In this document: piece by piece, positions 48,327-57,730 of the stretch
Layout: each line of letters starts with the position of its first letter
Position numbering within the stretch: position 1 is the stretch's first letter
The notes under the pieces: generated by a model
Database searches by the model: none
Told to the model about the DNA's origin: nothing
What the model saw: the letters and a program-made list of their open reading frames with translations, nothing else
Made by a program: the position numbers and the translations under genes
IMG/VR virus record: IMGVR_UViG_3300042484_001556
Coordinates: 2,123 to 66,122 of that record
From: a virus
Taxonomy: Duplodnaviria; Caudoviricetes
DNA length: 64,000 bases
Direction: 5' to 3' (one strand)

Positions 48327-51137
48327 ATGACCACAAAGATTTCTGTACAAAATATTGAAACAGCTACATTAGCCTCTATTACGCCTCCTAGAATTACTTC
48401 AATTGGTTATGGTGGCGATGATACTGCAACAGATACTGCAGGAAATGTTAGTGTCACTTTGACAGGAGAAGGATTTGCAGCCGGCGCAAGTGTTTTTATT
48501 GATGGCGCCAGTGCAGGATCCGTATCGGTAGTAAGTTCAACTCAAATTACCTTCAATCCTCCAGCGAAACCTGCAGGAACATATCCGTTGTATGTTATTA
48601 ATTCCGATGGTAGTTCTGCTATTGCGATACCTGGAATTAGTTATAGTGGCGTGCCTACGTATACAACTGCTGCAGGTAATTTAGCAAACGTATATGAAAC
48701 AACTTCTTTTAATAGTGCAATAGTTGCGACAGGCGATGCACCTATTGCGTATAGTGTGTACAGCGGAACTTTACCACCAGGTGCGAATTTAAGTAGCACA
48801 GGTAATATTACTGGTACAAGTTCATCTACGGCAAGCCCTACCACATATAATTTTACTGTTCGTGCGTCGGATGCACAGAATCAAGATACCGATAGGCCTT
48901 TTAGTATAACAGTTAATCCCGATATTGTAATTTGGGGTAGCCCAGCTGCAGACGCTATTATAGAACTTGCTGCGGATGCTGCAATGAGTAATGTTTCATT
49001 TATTGCAAATAGTGCAGCAGGATATAGCGTATCATATAGTGCAAATATATTACCAACCGGACTAAGTTTAATCGGGTCAAATGTTTTTGGTACACCTACT
49101 GTGACCGGTAACACTATTAGTGTGGTGACGGCTACTTCGGCGACTACAAATAGAACTACAAACAGAACATTTACTTGGGTTGTTTCTGTTGCTGCAGAAC
49201 CTTACTTCAAATCTACTACATTGCTGCTAACCGGTAATGGCACAGATAATGCAAATAATCACGCATTTGTAGACAGTAGTACTAATGCGTTTGCATTAAC
49301 ACGATATGGCAACGCTACACAAGGATCGCTTACGCCGTTTAGCCCAACTGGCTATAGCGCTTATTTTGATGGTAGCGGGGATTATTTAACCACTACTGGA
49401 TTTGGGTTAGCAACTGACTTTACTCTTGAGTTTTGGAGTTATTTCACTGCACAGCCAAGCAGTGGTTATTTTACATCTGCCAGTAGTATGGGTCCAATCA
49501 TAGGAATAGAAACTCTTAAAACAATTTTAGGGCAGAATGGAGGCTGGCTTCTTAACCCACCAAATGATTCTAGTGTGTATCCAAATGGCGTGTCTCCAAT
49601 AAATCAATGGAATCACTGGGCAGTAGTTAGAGCATCTGGCACACTAAAGTTTTACTTAAATGGTATACAGCTTGGATCTGTTGCAAATACTACTGATTAT
49701 TCTGCTTCTCAAACTTGGGGAATTGGCGCAGCAGATAACGGCCAAGGCCCAGTAAACGCACCACATTACATGAGCAACTTTAGATTTTCAAGTGTTGCTA
49801 GATATAGCGGAACAAGTACAACAGTTGCGAACTTTGCATTGCCGACTGCAAATTTTACCAGCGATGCAGATACCATCTTTTTGGGATTAGCAAGTAACAG
49901 ATTTAAAGACTCCGGACCAAACAATCGAGCAATAACCGTGGCTGGGGATAGTAAAATAGTAGCCTTCTCTCCATTCGCACCCGCTGCCGCATACAGTGCT
50001 GCGACTCATGGTGGTAGTATGTACTTTGATGGTACTGGGGACTATCTTACTGGTCCAGCAAATAATGCCGATGTGCTACTGGGCACCGGGGACTTTACCT
50101 TTGAAGGTTGGTTTTATCAGACAGCCACGAATACATACCCAGGAGTTCTTGAAATTGGTGTACATACGGTAAATGGTATTTTGTTTATTGCTAGTAACGG
50201 GTCCACCATAACTGCATACGGGCCGGCTGGGTTTATGGGTACAGCAACCGCTCCTCCGTTAAACACTTGGAACCACATAGCGTGGGTCCGCAGCAGTGGA
50301 ACTTTTAAGATTTACGTAAATGGTGTAGGTAATGCCGGCACTGCTAGTGCTAGTAATTTCTCTGATAATACAACCACAACGTTCGGGGGAGAAAGCACCA
50401 GATCGAATGCGGCGTACACCTATTCTGGATATATGTCGGGGGTACGTTTAGTTAAAGGCACTGCAGTATATACTGCCAACTTTACTCCACCCACTGCACC
50501 ACTAACTGCTATTTCAGGAACATCTTTACTGGTACAAGGAACCAACGCAGGTATTGTTGATGCTTCAGGTAGAAATAATTTAGAAACTGTGGGTGACGCT
50601 AGAATTAGCACAACAGTGAAGAAATATGGTACTGGCAGTATATATTTTGATGGTACCGGAGATGCCTTGTTCACACGAACAAATCCAGCGCTTGCGTTTG
50701 AGTCTGGAGATTTTACTGTTGAGTTTTGGGTAAACTTTACTTCTATAGCAAACAGGCAAGATCTGGTATGGTGGGTTCCTGATAATGATTCTTTACGTGG
50801 TGGTATAAGTTGGCGCCTGTCTGGTGACGCACTATGCTATTATGATGCTGCTGTGGGTGCAGCTATAAACACAGCTTGGTTACCAACAATCAATACCTGG
50901 TATCACATTGCACTATCAAGAAGTGGATCATCCACAAGACTGTTTATTGATGGAGTGGCTGGAACCACATACTCAACAATACGGCCATATGCTGCCTCGT
51001 ACAGACTCTATATTGGTAAAGATTCTGCCAGCGATAGTTATCCATTCACCGGATACATGGATGACTTTAGAATAACAAAAGGCGTGGCAAGATATACAGC
51101 AAACTTTACGCCGCCGACAGCACATTTATTGAAATAA
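48327..51137 (+). CDS. Fibre/adhesin with IPT/TIG, Ig (He_PIG-like) and three LamG/ConA-like domains
   Basis: GTLPPG..L...G.I.GT, then three YFDG.GD.L...DFT.E.W...W.H.A..R..G repeats and FTPPTA endings. Confidence 0.8.
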   Translation: MTTKISVQNIETATLASITPPRITSIGYGGDDTATDTAGNVSVTLTGEGFAAGASVFIDGASAGSVSVVSSTQITFNPPAKPAGTYPLYVINSDGSSAIAIPGISYSGVPTYTTAAGNLANVYETTSFNSAIVATGDAPIAYSVYSGTLPPGANLSSTGNITGTSSSTASPTTYNFTVRASDAQNQDTDRPFSITVNPDIVIWGSPAADAIIELAADAAMSNVSFIANSAAGYSVSYSANILPTGLSLIGSNVFGTPTVTGNTISVVTATSATTNRTTNRTFTWVVSVAAEPYFKSTTLLLTGNGTDNANNHAFVDSSTNAFALTRYGNATQGSLTPFSPTGYSAYFDGSGDYLTTTGFGLATDFTLEFWSYFTAQPSSGYFTSASSMGPIIGIETLKTILGQNGGWLLNPPNDSSVYPNGVSPINQWNHWAVVRASGTLKFYLNGIQLGSVANTTDYSASQTWGIGAADNGQGPVNAPHYMSNFRFSSVARYSGTSTTVANFALPTANFTSDADTIFLGLASNRFKDSGPNNRAITVAGDSKIVAFSPFAPAAAYSAATHGGSMYFDGTGDYLTGPANNADVLLGTGDFTFEGWFYQTATNTYPGVLEIGVHTVNGILFIASNGSTITAYGPAGFMGTATAPPLNTWNHIAWVRSSGTFKIYVNGVGNAGTASASNFSDNTTTTFGGESTRSNAAYTYSGYMSGVRLVKGTAVYTANFTPPTAPLTAISGTSLLVQGTNAGIVDASGRNNLETVGDARISTTVKKYGTGSIYFDGTGDALFTRTNPALAFESGDFTVEFWVNFTSIANRQDLVWWVPDNDSLRGGISWRLSGDALCYYDAAVGAAINTAWLPTINTWYHIALSRSGSSTRLFIDGVAGTTYSTIRPYAASYRLYIGKDSASDSYPFTGYMDDFRITKGVARYTANFTPPTAHLLK

Positions 51138-51139
51138 TT

Positions 51140-51325
51140 ATGCAAACAACAATCGCAGATTACGTTTTAAGCAATCCGGCTAATTCTGACATGGATAAGA
51201 CCACATTTGAAACGGATTTAATTTTTGATACTATCTTAGATGATGCAGATCCTACGTTGATCTATGTAAACAATAATATTGCAATTGCCTGGTATGAGCA
51301 AATTGCAATGGTCGGATTTAAATAA
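51140..51325 (+). CDS. Small acidic hypothetical protein
   Basis: 61-aa ORF tightly packed between two fibre genes. Confidence 0.55.
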   Translation: MQTTIADYVLSNPANSDMDKTTFETDLIFDTILDDADPTLIYVNNNIAIAWYEQIAMVGFK

Positions 51326-51335
51326 CGAGGAATAC

Positions 51336-52340
51336 ATGAGTTTAAAAAAATCTTCAGCCAGAACAGCACTAAATGCTAGATTAACACAGGCAAGCCTTAT
51401 CAATGCAAAAGGACCAACTACCGCAGTTGCAACTAGCTTAGGCACAGTTGTTGCGTCTGGAGGAACACAATCTAATATAACTGTATATGGAACAAATTAT
51501 AGAGTTCACACATTCACAACCAGCGCAAATTTAGTAGTTACAACTGGGGGAAATGTAGATCTTCTAGTTGTCGGTGCAGGTGGTAGTGCCAGAGGATGGA
51601 TATCTGCAGTATATGGTAGTAGTGGCGGTGGCGGTGGGGGCGGCGTTTTATTATATGGTGCGTATGAACAATCCATAGCAGGTGGGGGTCCAATCTATTT
51701 AGACGGGGCGAACACCTATACTATTACTATTGGTGCCGGCGGACCAGGAACCGCAAATAACTATGTTAGCGCCACGCAACTTGGTAGAGACGGCGGCAAT
51801 ACTATCTTTGCGGGCGGAGTACTTAATCTTGTCGCATATGGCGGAAGAATGGGACCGGCAATCGTATCAACTGATGGCGTTCTAGGAGGAAATGCAGCCA
51901 TGTTACCATTTGTATCTAATCAAGGATATCGAGGTGGTTTTCGTGGTACTATAATAACTACCGGCGTTGGTTCCGGCGGAGGCGGTGGGGCTGGCGGCGC
52001 TGGGGAAAGCGGAGCAAATTACCCCGCCCATGTCGGAGGAACTTTCAACGGTGGTCCTGGTATAGCGAGTACAATATCCGGCACTTGGTCAGGCTATGGT
52101 GGCGGTGGCGGTGGCGGCATATACAGGTGGGGCAGCGTAGGAACTTTCTATAGAGGTAAAGGTGGGTTCGGTGGAGGCGGAGACGCAGGGGGTAATGCTT
52201 TTATCATTGCAAATGCCGGCAATGTAAATACTGGGGGCGGTGGTGGCGGAGCTTCATCTCGAGAAAATACTTCAATTTTAGATAGATCTTCTGCAGGCGC
52301 GGGCGGGTCAGGAATTGTAATTGTAAGATACGTAGTTTAA
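51336..52340 (+). CDS. Gly-rich adhesin-like tip protein
   Basis: ASGG...YRVHTFT...DLLVVGAGG...GSGIVIVRY. ATG at 51336 with gagg RBS. Confidence 0.7.
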   Translation: MSLKKSSARTALNARLTQASLINAKGPTTAVATSLGTVVASGGTQSNITVYGTNYRVHTFTTSANLVVTTGGNVDLLVVGAGGSARGWISAVYGSSGGGGGGGVLLYGAYEQSIAGGGPIYLDGANTYTITIGAGGPGTANNYVSATQLGRDGGNTIFAGGVLNLVAYGGRMGPAIVSTDGVLGGNAAMLPFVSNQGYRGGFRGTIITTGVGSGGGGGAGGAGESGANYPAHVGGTFNGGPGIASTISGTWSGYGGGGGGGIYRWGSVGTFYRGKGGFGGGGDAGGNAFIIANAGNVNTGGGGGGASSRENTSILDRSSAGAGGSGIVIVRYVV

Positions 52341-52354
52341 TTAAGGAGAAATAA

Positions 52355-52726
52355 ATGAGTCATTTTGCTAAAGTAGAAAACGGAATTGTAACACAAGTAA
52401 TTGTTGCGGAACAAGATTTTATTAATACCGGTGCAGTAGGAGATCCTTCTTCATGGGTGCAAACCAGTTATAATACAGCAGGTGGAGTCCATCGTGACGG
52501 AGGAACCCCATTGCGTAAAAACTATGCAGGTATTGGTATGGTATATGATTCGGTTAGAGACGCATTTTATGCAACGCAACCATATCCAAGTTGGGTGTTA
52601 GATGAGAATACTTGTTATTGGAACGCACCAGTAGCTTTGCCTGAAGATCACGGTACGGGAGACCCTCTTAAGATGTATGAGTGGGATGAATCCATTACAA
52701 ATTGGAAAGAAATTGTTACCGCATAA
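52355..52726 (+). CDS. Gly-rich-tip-associated small protein (paralog of 25651)
   Basis: MSHFAKV...WVQTSYN...LRKNYAGIG..YD..RDAF..QPYPSW.LDE.TC.W; strong RBS aaggag. Confidence 0.65.
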   Translation: MSHFAKVENGIVTQVIVAEQDFINTGAVGDPSSWVQTSYNTAGGVHRDGGTPLRKNYAGIGMVYDSVRDAFYATQPYPSWVLDENTCYWNAPVALPEDHGTGDPLKMYEWDESITNWKEIVTA

Positions 52727-52737
52727 CAATTTTGGAT

Positions 52738-52766
52738 AGACCCAGTAACGCTGGGTCTTGACTTTC
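52738..52766 (+). terminator. Hairpin, probable intrinsic terminator of the second fibre island
   Basis: agacccag-taacg-ctgggtct (8-bp stem) followed by tgacttt; the U-tract is weak. Confidence 0.55.
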
Positions 52767-52786
52767 GCACCAATATATTATATAAT
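52758..52786 (+). promoter_or_regulatory. sigma70-type promoter TTGACT-N17-TATAAT
   Basis: Boxes at 52758-52763 and 52781-52786. Confidence 0.8.
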
Positions 52787-52854
52787 TACCATGTGACCTA
52801 AAAAGGTAACCTTATCCTCTATGTTAATAGCATAGATTTCTTAAAAGGTAAACA

Positions 52855-53634
52855 ATGAATTTGTCCAAAATATTAATGGTAGGGTGTCTTTTCCTTCCTA
52901 GTTTGGCAATAGCGGAATGGTACGATTCCCGCGGTGAGTATTATTTTGGTGTAGAAACCTCAGAAAAGGTTGCATGTAAAGCAGCGGAAGACTTAGCAGT
53001 ATTAGATGTACTTAGACGCACTAAGGGAGAATCAATTTCAGTTTCTCAGTTTCAGACATGCGATGATAGTAGTGCAGATGTTTGCAGAATGTTATCATCG
53101 GCAATTATGTATACTGAAGGCACTGTTACTGGTTTAAACAGAGTGCATCAAGAAGTAACTACTTTGCCGGGGAAAAAGGTATGTACTGTATTAGCAAAAG
53201 TAAAGATACAGAAAGAAAAAGGATTTGCAGATGTATCATTTGATCCAGAAATAAAAATGGTTCAAACTCGTTTGCGAGACGGCGAGACAATTACTTACAT
53301 TGTTAAACCTACTTCGGCGATGTACTTAAACTTATTTGTATATTCCCCTTACACTGAAGATATACAACTAATATATCCGAATCGTTATGATTCAAGTAAA
53401 AAGATTACAAAGGTTACTAATATACCTACAAAAAATAGTTATAGGATTAACGCAGAGTTTCCAAAGATTAGCGGCAATCTAGCAGGTGAGATGGTAATTG
53501 CTGTTGCAACAAAAAAAGAAATAACTTTTAGAGAGAAATTTACTTTTACAGAGTTTAATGAACGACTACTTGAAATACCTCGTAATGAACGTCGAGTAGT
53601 TCGCATACCCTATTTTATAATGGCACCAAACTGA
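52855..53634 (+). CDS. Secreted protein with DUF4384-like C-terminal domain
   Basis: Signal peptide ending SLAIA-E; GETI.Y.V.....YL.LF.....IQLIYPN. Confidence 0.6.
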   Translation: MNLSKILMVGCLFLPSLAIAEWYDSRGEYYFGVETSEKVACKAAEDLAVLDVLRRTKGESISVSQFQTCDDSSADVCRMLSSAIMYTEGTVTGLNRVHQEVTTLPGKKVCTVLAKVKIQKEKGFADVSFDPEIKMVQTRLRDGETITYIVKPTSAMYLNLFVYSPYTEDIQLIYPNRYDSSKKITKVTNIPTKNSYRINAEFPKISGNLAGEMVIAVATKKEITFREKFTFTEFNERLLEIPRNERRVVRIPYFIMAPN

Positions 53635-53645
53635 GAGATACATTC

Positions 53646-54239
53646 ATGAAAAAATTAATCATTATTGCAGGTAGCATTGCGTTATTTGGTTGCGGTACAC
53701 CTAAGCCGGGTACATACGAAGCATTCAAAGCGCAAAAAGAAGAAACAAAAAAGGAAATGACTAAGACGTTAAATTCTGTCCCCGATTGGTTTCTTAAACC
53801 TCCTGTAGATAATTATGCGCTTTATGAAAAGGGTTCAGCAAAATCGCACGATATGCAAATGGCAGTAATTAAAGCAACTGCACTTGCACGTGCTCAATTA
53901 GCATTATCAATTGAGGGAGAGATCAATGCTAATATTAAATTGTTCATGGATGAGGTAGGGCAGGATCCTACTATCTCTAATATGAATTCGGTTACGACAT
54001 CTCAGGATGTTCTGTTAGCCAAACTACACGGAGTACAGCAAGAAGATTGTAAAATAATGATTGAGGATACTCATTATGTTGCATATATTTTAATCAAATA
54101 CCCATTAGGAGAAATGAATCGGGTGTTAATTGAAAAGATTAAAAGTAATTCTGTACTTGAATCCAGATTGCGAGCAAGCAAATCATTTAATGAACTAGAG
54201 AAAAAGGTAGATAACGCACGCCGCAACGCAACACAGTAA
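53646..54239 (+). CDS. Lipoprotein (LPP20-like)
   Basis: Lipobox LFG-C; VPDWF..PP...G.A.S.D.Q.A..KA...AR..LA. Confidence 0.7.
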   Translation: MKKLIIIAGSIALFGCGTPKPGTYEAFKAQKEETKKEMTKTLNSVPDWFLKPPVDNYALYEKGSAKSHDMQMAVIKATALARAQLALSIEGEINANIKLFMDEVGQDPTISNMNSVTTSQDVLLAKLHGVQQEDCKIMIEDTHYVAYILIKYPLGEMNRVLIEKIKSNSVLESRLRASKSFNELEKKVDNARRNATQ

Positions 54240-54267
54240 CAAACTTATTCACAACCAGGAGAAGTAC

Positions 54268-54837
54268 ATGGAAATAAGTTCGAAGAGCAAAATCAAAAAA
54301 GCGATTAGCTTAACAACGAAGTTCTTTAAAGCTTTCGCCCTAGGGCTTTTACTTTGTACATATACAAATCTTTATGTCGTCAACGCAAAGACAGTTGACG
54401 CACAATTCATAAAGAAAGAATATGCAAAGGCAAAAGAATTAAAAAAACAACACGCATGCTTAACCCGAAACATTTATTTCGAAGCAGCAGGTGAATCATT
54501 AGAAGGTAAAATTGCTGTTGCTCAGGTTACATTAAACCGAGTAAATTCCGGCAAGTTCCCACATTCTATATGTGAAGTTGTACAACAGAAAACTGCAGTA
54601 AATGAAAAAACAATTTGTCAATTCAGTTGGTACTGCGAAAATTATAGAGATAAGAAAATAAATAAAGCAAAATGGGATGAAAGTACTCGTGCTGCCAATA
54701 TGATTATTTTTGAAAAACATGGCAATAAGAAATTAAAGACTGCACTGTATTTTCACAATGAGGAAGTAAGCCCGGTATGGAAAAAGCGAAGACTTGCTAA
54801 AATAGGCAGGCATACCTTTTACGGAGATCGAGGATAA
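54268..54837 (+). CDS. Cell wall hydrolase (SleB/Hydrolase_2)
   Basis: CLTRNIYFEAAGES..G..AVAQV.LNRV....FP..IC.VV.Q...CQFSW...IGRHTFY. Confidence 0.9.
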   Translation: MEISSKSKIKKAISLTTKFFKAFALGLLLCTYTNLYVVNAKTVDAQFIKKEYAKAKELKKQHACLTRNIYFEAAGESLEGKIAVAQVTLNRVNSGKFPHSICEVVQQKTAVNEKTICQFSWYCENYRDKKINKAKWDESTRAANMIIFEKHGNKKLKTALYFHNEEVSPVWKKRRLAKIGRHTFYGDRG

Positions 54838-54869
54838 TGCCAATTGTGCATTTGACTTTAAATTAAAAT

Positions 54870-55103
54870 ATGACCGAAGACGAAAAGTTTGATAATTTAA
54901 TAGAAAGATGGAAGTCTTTGAAATATTACAAAGTAGTCATACCTTTGGCTCACTCATTAGTATTCCGAGGACCGGTTCCATTTGATGTAAAAATAAATAA
55001 AGATGGTATAGCTCAATTTAATATACTTGCCGCTTCATATGCAGAAGCAGAATGCAGAGCATGGGATTTTATAAATGGAAAATACATACCTAGAAAAGAT
55101 TAG
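54870..55103 (+). CDS. Hypothetical protein
   Basis: 77-aa ORF in the gene string. Confidence 0.55.
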   Translation: MTEDEKFDNLIERWKSLKYYKVVIPLAHSLVFRGPVPFDVKINKDGIAQFNILAASYAEAECRAWDFINGKYIPRKD

Positions 55104-55269
55104 AACAATTAGTGCCAACGGGGTTAGGCCTTCATATGAAAAATACTTAGGTGGCCAGCCAAAATATCCATTTGATACAGACGGTGTAGCATTTAGATGT
55201 ACGCTTTGCGAAGGGATTTGGTTGAAGGAAACTGAGGCCAAACTGCACAAATGTGAGCCAAAAAGTTAG
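55075..55269 (+). CDS. Hypothetical protein with C2-H-C zinc-finger-like end
   Basis: FRCTLC...AKLHKC. Confidence 0.5.
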   Translation: MENTYLEKIRTISANGVRPSYEKYLGGQPKYPFDTDGVAFRCTLCEGIWLKETEAKLHKCEPKS

Positions 55270-55292
55270 CAAATTGCTAATAAAACTTTTGC

Positions 55293-55321
55293 TTGACTTC
55301 TGAACCATTTGCACATATAAT
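55293..55321 (+). promoter_or_regulatory. sigma70-type promoter TTGACT-N17-TATAAT
   Basis: The -10 box ends 7 bp before ATG 55328, suggesting a leaderless mRNA. Confidence 0.8.
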
Positions 55322-55327
55322 AAGTGT

Positions 55328-55633
55328 ATGGTGAGAAAAAAGAGATCTGATCGTAGGCATATAATTTACAGTATGACAAATACTGTAACAGGTGACTTCT
55401 ACATAGGTATTACGCAGGGTTTTCGTCAAAAAGATCTAAAAGTTCGTGTGCAAAAACACGTTCGTAGGGCATTGACTGAAGATAAAAATTGGTCGTTGTG
55501 CAAAGCAATACGGCATTTTGGTGCAGACCAATTCTTTTCACAAATTATTGAAGTTGTTCGAGGTAAGACTCAAGCACATGCAATTGAACGTAGTATGATT
55601 AAAGAATATCTTCCTACTCTTAATACTCAATAA
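55328..55633 (+). CDS. Small GIY-YIG family protein
   Basis: IIYSMTN..TGDFYIGIT...R...H...E...I....P.LN. Confidence 0.75.
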   Translation: MVRKKRSDRRHIIYSMTNTVTGDFYIGITQGFRQKDLKVRVQKHVRRALTEDKNWSLCKAIRHFGADQFFSQIIEVVRGKTQAHAIERSMIKEYLPTLNTQ

Positions 55634-55644
55634 GGAACTATATT

Positions 55645-55962
55645 ATGAAACTTGTTATTCAAACTCAAGTATACGAAAACTACGGTGATGCTAGCAATCC
55701 TCATTGGAAGGCAAAGGGCGGAGAGGATTATTGGTATGATCTTGGTGAGTATAGTCGAAGCAAACAAGCAGTTGCCGAACTAATACAATTTTTTAGTCCT
55801 CGTATTGAATCTCATAATAATTATTATCGAGAACATATCATCTACTCAAGTATTGAGTCGGATGCGTATTTAACTCCGTTTGAAAAAGATCAATTAGACT
55901 ACGACGGACACATTACATATCAGGCAAAACAATTACACATTCAAGATGAGGTGACTGCATGA
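55645..55962 (+). CDS. Conserved phage hypothetical protein
   Basis: MKLVIQTQ.YENYG....HWK.KGG..Y; RBS aagga. Confidence 0.7.
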   Translation: MKLVIQTQVYENYGDASNPHWKAKGGEDYWYDLGEYSRSKQAVAELIQFFSPRIESHNNYYREHIIYSSIESDAYLTPFEKDQLDYDGHITYQAKQLHIQDEVTA

Positions 55963-56219
55963 GCAAGGGTAAATTGAGTAATGGTAGTATTACAATTGAT
56001 GGATTGACACAGGAACAAGTTATTCTGCTGAACGTGATGTGGACGATTGAATCCGAGGAAGATCTGTATACTTGGAAAGATAAATTAAGTTTGCGTCAAA
56101 GTAAAATGGTAGAAGCATTGATGGTTCTAATTCTTCTAGAGCAGTTAGATGCGGATATGATTGAGGAACCGGATTATTCTGATGCAAGCGAAATCTTAGG
56201 TAAATTTACTTTGCATTAA
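55959..56219 (+). CDS. Hypothetical protein
   Basis: ATGA overlap with the previous gene; gaggt RBS. Confidence 0.65.
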   Translation: MSKGKLSNGSITIDGLTQEQVILLNVMWTIESEEDLYTWKDKLSLRQSKMVEALMVLILLEQLDADMIEEPDYSDASEILGKFTLH

Positions 56220-56233
56220 TATAGGAGAGTAGT

Positions 56234-56539
56234 ATGAGCGCACAAGAAGACAAAGAGAAGCGTAGTAAACGACTTTTAAAAGATCAGAATGCAATCAATA
56301 AGCAGGTAAAGATCGCAAAAGAATATAAGTTGCATCAAGGGTTGAAATGGAAAAAAATTGAGCAACCTCATCGGAATCGAAAAACTCATATTCTTAATTG
56401 CGGTGATCCTAAGTGTGTGATGTGTATGAATCCTAGAAAATCATTTGGTGATAAGACCATTCAAGAATTAAAATTTGAGCAAGATGTAGAAACTATTAGA
56501 GATAAACATAGTAATGGAACCGCTATAGGAGATGTATGA
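56234..56539 (+). CDS. Hypothetical basic protein with CxxxxCxxC motif
   Basis: QPHR..K.H...CGDPKCVMCMNPR; aggag RBS. Confidence 0.7.
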   Translation: MSAQEDKEKRSKRLLKDQNAINKQVKIAKEYKLHQGLKWKKIEQPHRNRKTHILNCGDPKCVMCMNPRKSFGDKTIQELKFEQDVETIRDKHSNGTAIGDV

Positions 56540-56769
56540 CATCTGAAATTTTAACAGTGCCGCCTTTAGATAGATTCCATTTAGAAAATAAAATTCTAAA
56601 CTGTTGGAATGTGATTGACGATATTCAACTTATTTCTAATCGAATGGAATCTATGGATGAAGATGCCAGACTGAATTCTATGATTGGCTTAAAGGCAATC
56701 TATGCGCTTAAGTTTGATGATCTTTGGGAAACATTTGAGAAGTTAATTGCTGATAAAAAAATTATTTAA
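56536..56769 (+). CDS. Hypothetical protein
   Basis: DRF.LE..I..CW....D; aggag RBS. Confidence 0.7.
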   Translation: MTSEILTVPPLDRFHLENKILNCWNVIDDIQLISNRMESMDEDARLNSMIGLKAIYALKFDDLWETFEKLIADKKII

Positions 56770-56781
56770 TAGGAGAAACAT

Positions 56782-56931
56782 ATGAGAGAATTTTCGTTTT
56801 ACCTTGAGGCATGGAAGTTTTGCCATTTTAATAATATTCCTGTTAATCGTATCAAACGAAAAGAATGGGATATTTGGATGGTTGATGTAGGCAGCATTAA
56901 AGTTAAAAACCTTCCTGCGGTAGCTGCGTAA
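56782..56931 (+). CDS. 49-aa hypothetical protein (absent from the ORF track)
   Basis: aggag RBS; MREFSFYLEAWKFC...LPAVAA. Confidence 0.6.
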   Translation: MREFSFYLEAWKFCHFNNIPVNRIKRKEWDIWMVDVGSIKVKNLPAVAA

Positions 56932-57119
56932 TGAGGCCGCTATCTTTCTTTGAGCTACTGTTAGTTATGATTATTGCCATACTGGTATTACTATTTCTAA
57001 CTGTAGGATTCCCAAGGAAAGATGCGGTTGACCCTTGTGTAATTGTTGAACGTAAATCTAATGTAGCTCAAGAGTATAAAGACAGCTGCAAGAATTTGAA
57101 GGAATTATATGCACCTTAA
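56931..57119 (+). CDS. Small membrane protein
   Basis: One TM helix and two Cys. Confidence 0.55.
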   Translation: MRPLSFFELLLVMIIAILVLLFLTVGFPRKDAVDPCVIVERKSNVAQEYKDSCKNLKELYAP

Positions 57120-57137
57120 TCTAATGAGTGTAGGTGA

Positions 57138-57299
57138 ATGAAAGAACCGCAACTAAAGATATTTAAATGTAAGGTATGCGGTCAAACTAGATTCGATACT
57201 AATCTATATTTTTTCAATACGAAATCTAGTAAATGCCTATGGTGTACTAAGTTTCCTAAGAAAAAGAAAAGAGAATTTAAAGATGACTCTGTGGCGTAA
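57138..57299 (+). CDS. 53-aa Cys-motif protein (absent from the ORF track)
   Basis: MKEPQLKIFKCKVCG...KCLWCTK; aggtg RBS. Confidence 0.55.
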   Translation: MKEPQLKIFKCKVCGQTRFDTNLYFFNTKSSKCLWCTKFPKKKKREFKDDSVA

Positions 57300-57486
57300 G
57301 CGTATAATTGCAAACAAGTGTTGGTGTTATGAATGCAACAAAGACATGACACTTGTTCAAGATGGTACATCATTTCAGATACCATATGATGGCACGCATA
57401 CGCTAGTATGCCCAGAGTGTAAAACTAAACAATGTTCAAAATATACAAATCATTCTAATACATGTGAGGTAAGTAATGACAATTAG
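57283..57486 (+). CDS. Small Cys-rich protein
   Basis: CWCYEC...CPECKTKQC....H...C. Confidence 0.6.
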   Translation: MTLWRKRIIANKCWCYECNKDMTLVQDGTSFQIPYDGTHTLVCPECKTKQCSKYTNHSNTCEVSNDN

Positions 57487-57658
57487 GCTTTTCCAAAAAG
57501 AATACAGAATGGAACATGATGATATGGAAAAAATGGACGAGGACATTGCTAATGCCTTCGATCCGGAGCAAAATGCTGCTCTTATTGCAATGATTGAGGA
57601 TGAGAACCAGACTCCTACAGGAAGCATCAGGATCACCATTGATTGGATAGCAGATTAA
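57476..57658 (+). CDS. Small acidic hypothetical protein
   Basis: gaggt RBS; 60 aa. Confidence 0.55.
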   Translation: MTIRLFQKEYRMEHDDMEKMDEDIANAFDPEQNAALIAMIEDENQTPTGSIRITIDWIAD

Positions 57659-57672
57659 TAACATCTTTTTGC

Positions 57673-57701
57673 TTGACTTTTCGTCCAATATGTGCTATAA
57701 T
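57673..57701 (+). promoter_or_regulatory. Early sigma70 promoter with extended -10
   Basis: TTGACT-N17-TATAAT, with TG at the extended -10 position. Confidence 0.85.
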
Positions 57702-57730
57702 AATGAAACAATATAGACAAGGAGAAAACG

